Of a DNA stretch of 64,000 nt, positions 62,795-64,000 are shown piece by piece. How positions within the stretch are numbered: position 1 is the stretch's first letter; the number at the start of each line of letters is the position of its first letter. A program made the position numbers and the translations under genes. The notes below the pieces were generated by a model. The model worked only from the letters and a program-made list of their open reading frames with translations. It was not told the DNA's origin and did no database searches. The stretch spans positions 5,234 to 69,233 of the forward strand of contig JAZRFJ010000028.1 in assembly GCA_045661305.1 (NCBI GenBank), read 5' to 3'. Source of the stretch: Clostridia bacterium (GTDB taxonomy: Bacteria; Bacillota; Clostridia; UMGS1840).

Positions 62795-64000
62795 ATGTCT
62801 AATAAAAAAACAAAAAAAGAAGAAAAAACTTTTGAAGGAACTTTATCCATAACAAAATACGGATACGGTTTTGTTGATATTTCAAAAAGAAACGGTATAT
62901 ATGTAAGCGAGAAAAATCTTAACGGGGGCTTTTTTGGTGATACTGTAAGAGCAAAGCTTATTAAAAAAGGCAAAAAACCTGAATGTAAGGTTGTAAGAGT
63001 AGTAAAGAGGAACATTTCTTCGCTCACAGGCTTTTATCACAAAGAAAATACTCAAGCCTGGTTTGTTCCGCTTGATTCTAAAATACCTTTTATATTTAAA
63101 ATCAAGCACTTTAACCCCGAAATAAATTTCATGCTGTCCGAGGGAGATATAATTACAGGAGAAATATTAAGCTACGGAACTTCAAAAACTCCGCCTACAA
63201 TATATATTTCCGAATTTTTGGGCAGATATGATGATAAAGGAAATGATATGCTTATTGTCATGAAGAAGTATGGTATTTCGGAAAGCTTCCCAGAAAATGT
63301 TCTTTATGAGGCTGAAAATTTTGGGAACATTACAGAAAACGATTTGGAAAAAAGAATTGACTTAACAAATGAAACAATAGTTACAATTGATGGTGACGAT
63401 GCAAAGGACTTAGATGATGCTGTTAATGTTTTAAAGACACCTGACGGCTACACACTCGGAGTTCATATTGCCGATGTAAGCCACTATGTAAAAGCAAACA
63501 GTGAGCTTGATAAGGAAGCTTTCAAAAGAGGGACAAGCGTTTATTTTCCTGACAGAGTTGCACCGATGCTCCCAAAAAAGCTTTCAAACGGTCTTTGCAG
63601 TCTTAATCCTGACGAAATAAAGCTCACTTTCTCGTGTATTATTGATTTTGACAATAATGGGAATGTAGTTAATTACCGTTTGCAAAAATCGTTTATAAAG
63701 TCAAAAGCAAGGCTGACATACGAAGTTGTAAGAAAGATAGTTTTGGAGGAATTTGACGAAGAAACGAGAAAATTTGAGCATCTGAAAAAAGAAATCATGC
63801 TTATGTATGAGCTTTATAAAATATTAAGGAAAAAGCGTGAAAATGACGGGTTTGTTGAATTTAATTTTCCAGAGCCTAAATTTCTCCTTAATGAAAACGG
63901 AAAAGCAGTTGATGTATTCCCCTATCCTTTAAGCTTTTCAAACGAAATAATAGAGGAATTTATGCTATCCGCCAATGTGTGTGTTGCTGATTTTGCATTG
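62795..64000 (+). CDS. rnr: ribonuclease R (RNB family exoribonuclease), N-terminal part; 3' end lies outside the window
   Basis: Open frame from the ATG at 62795 to the window edge. Cold-shock-like N-terminus (GTLSITKYGYGFV) and the RNB start with TIDGDDAKDLDDAV...VHIADVSHYV. Confidence 0.92.
   Translation, partial: MSNKKTKKEEKTFEGTLSITKYGYGFVDISKRNGIYVSEKNLNGGFFGDTVRAKLIKKGKKPECKVVRVVKRNISSLTGFYHKENTQAWFVPLDSKIPFIFKIKHFNPEINFMLSEGDIITGEILSYGTSKTPPTIYISEFLGRYDDKGNDMLIVMKKYGISESFPENVLYEAENFGNITENDLEKRIDLTNETIVTIDGDDAKDLDDAVNVLKTPDGYTLGVHIADVSHYVKANSELDKEAFKRGTSVYFPDRVAPMLPKKLSNGLCSLNPDEIKLTFSCIIDFDNNGNVVNYRLQKSFIKSKARLTYEVVRKIVLEEFDEETRKFEHLKKEIMLMYELYKILRKKRENDGFVEFNFPEPKFLLNENGKAVDVFPYPLSFSNEIIEEFMLSANVCVADFAL

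Noticed and set aside
1-64000. tRNA, rRNA, tmRNA or known riboswitch genes; integrase or transposase genes
   Set aside because: No intergenic region shows a cloverleaf-compatible tRNA-length conserved segment or rRNA-like sequence. No ORF has recombinase or transposase motifs. The repeat families therefore appear non-autonomous. This is a negative result from reading by eye, not from tRNAscan or Rfam.

Overview
This is a low-GC, AT-rich chromosomal window from a spore-forming Firmicute, Clostridia-like by gene content. About 60 confident protein genes are present. They include the hrcA-grpE-dnaK-dnaJ heat-shock operon with a perfect CIRCE operator, pta-ackA, yceD-rpmF, der-plsY-recO, pheST, scpAB, split metH, a divergent type IIA topoisomerase pair, nth-lspA-rluD-gpsA, secG and rnr. 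Sporulation genes include spoIVB, spoIIID, ytfJ/gerW, a DUF2953 protein, a CotJC-like Mn catalase and a SigH-like sigma factor. I found no rRNA, tRNA, CRISPR array, integrase or transposase. The unusual content is non-coding. (1) A cassette-like accessory islet at about 15.3-18.6 kb is built from two repeat families. R1 is a 197-bp array of short hairpins punctuated by the octamer CATGAATT/AATTCATG. R2 is a 168-186 bp unit bounded by 13-bp terminal inverted repeats. Both families show compensatory stem changes, and each islet gene is preceded by Spo0A-box-like TGTCGAA heptamers, mostly as 3-bp-spaced tandems. (2) A roughly 105-nt candidate three-way-junction RNA repeat occurs at 1.1 kb and 51.6 kb, again with covariation. 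(3) A G-rich hairpin repeat occurs at 1.3 kb and 21.8 kb. (4) Two genes, spoIVB and a PfkB kinase, each have a diverged duplicate of their own 3' end on the far side of an inserted block, which looks like an integration or replacement scar. Other items of interest are an orphan Spo0A C-terminal-domain protein without a recognisable receiver domain, and a translationally coupled DUF5685 / J-domain / zinc-ribbon operon next to two tiny Cys-rich membrane peptides. All calls rest on manual reading of the sequence and ORF track. No database search was run.
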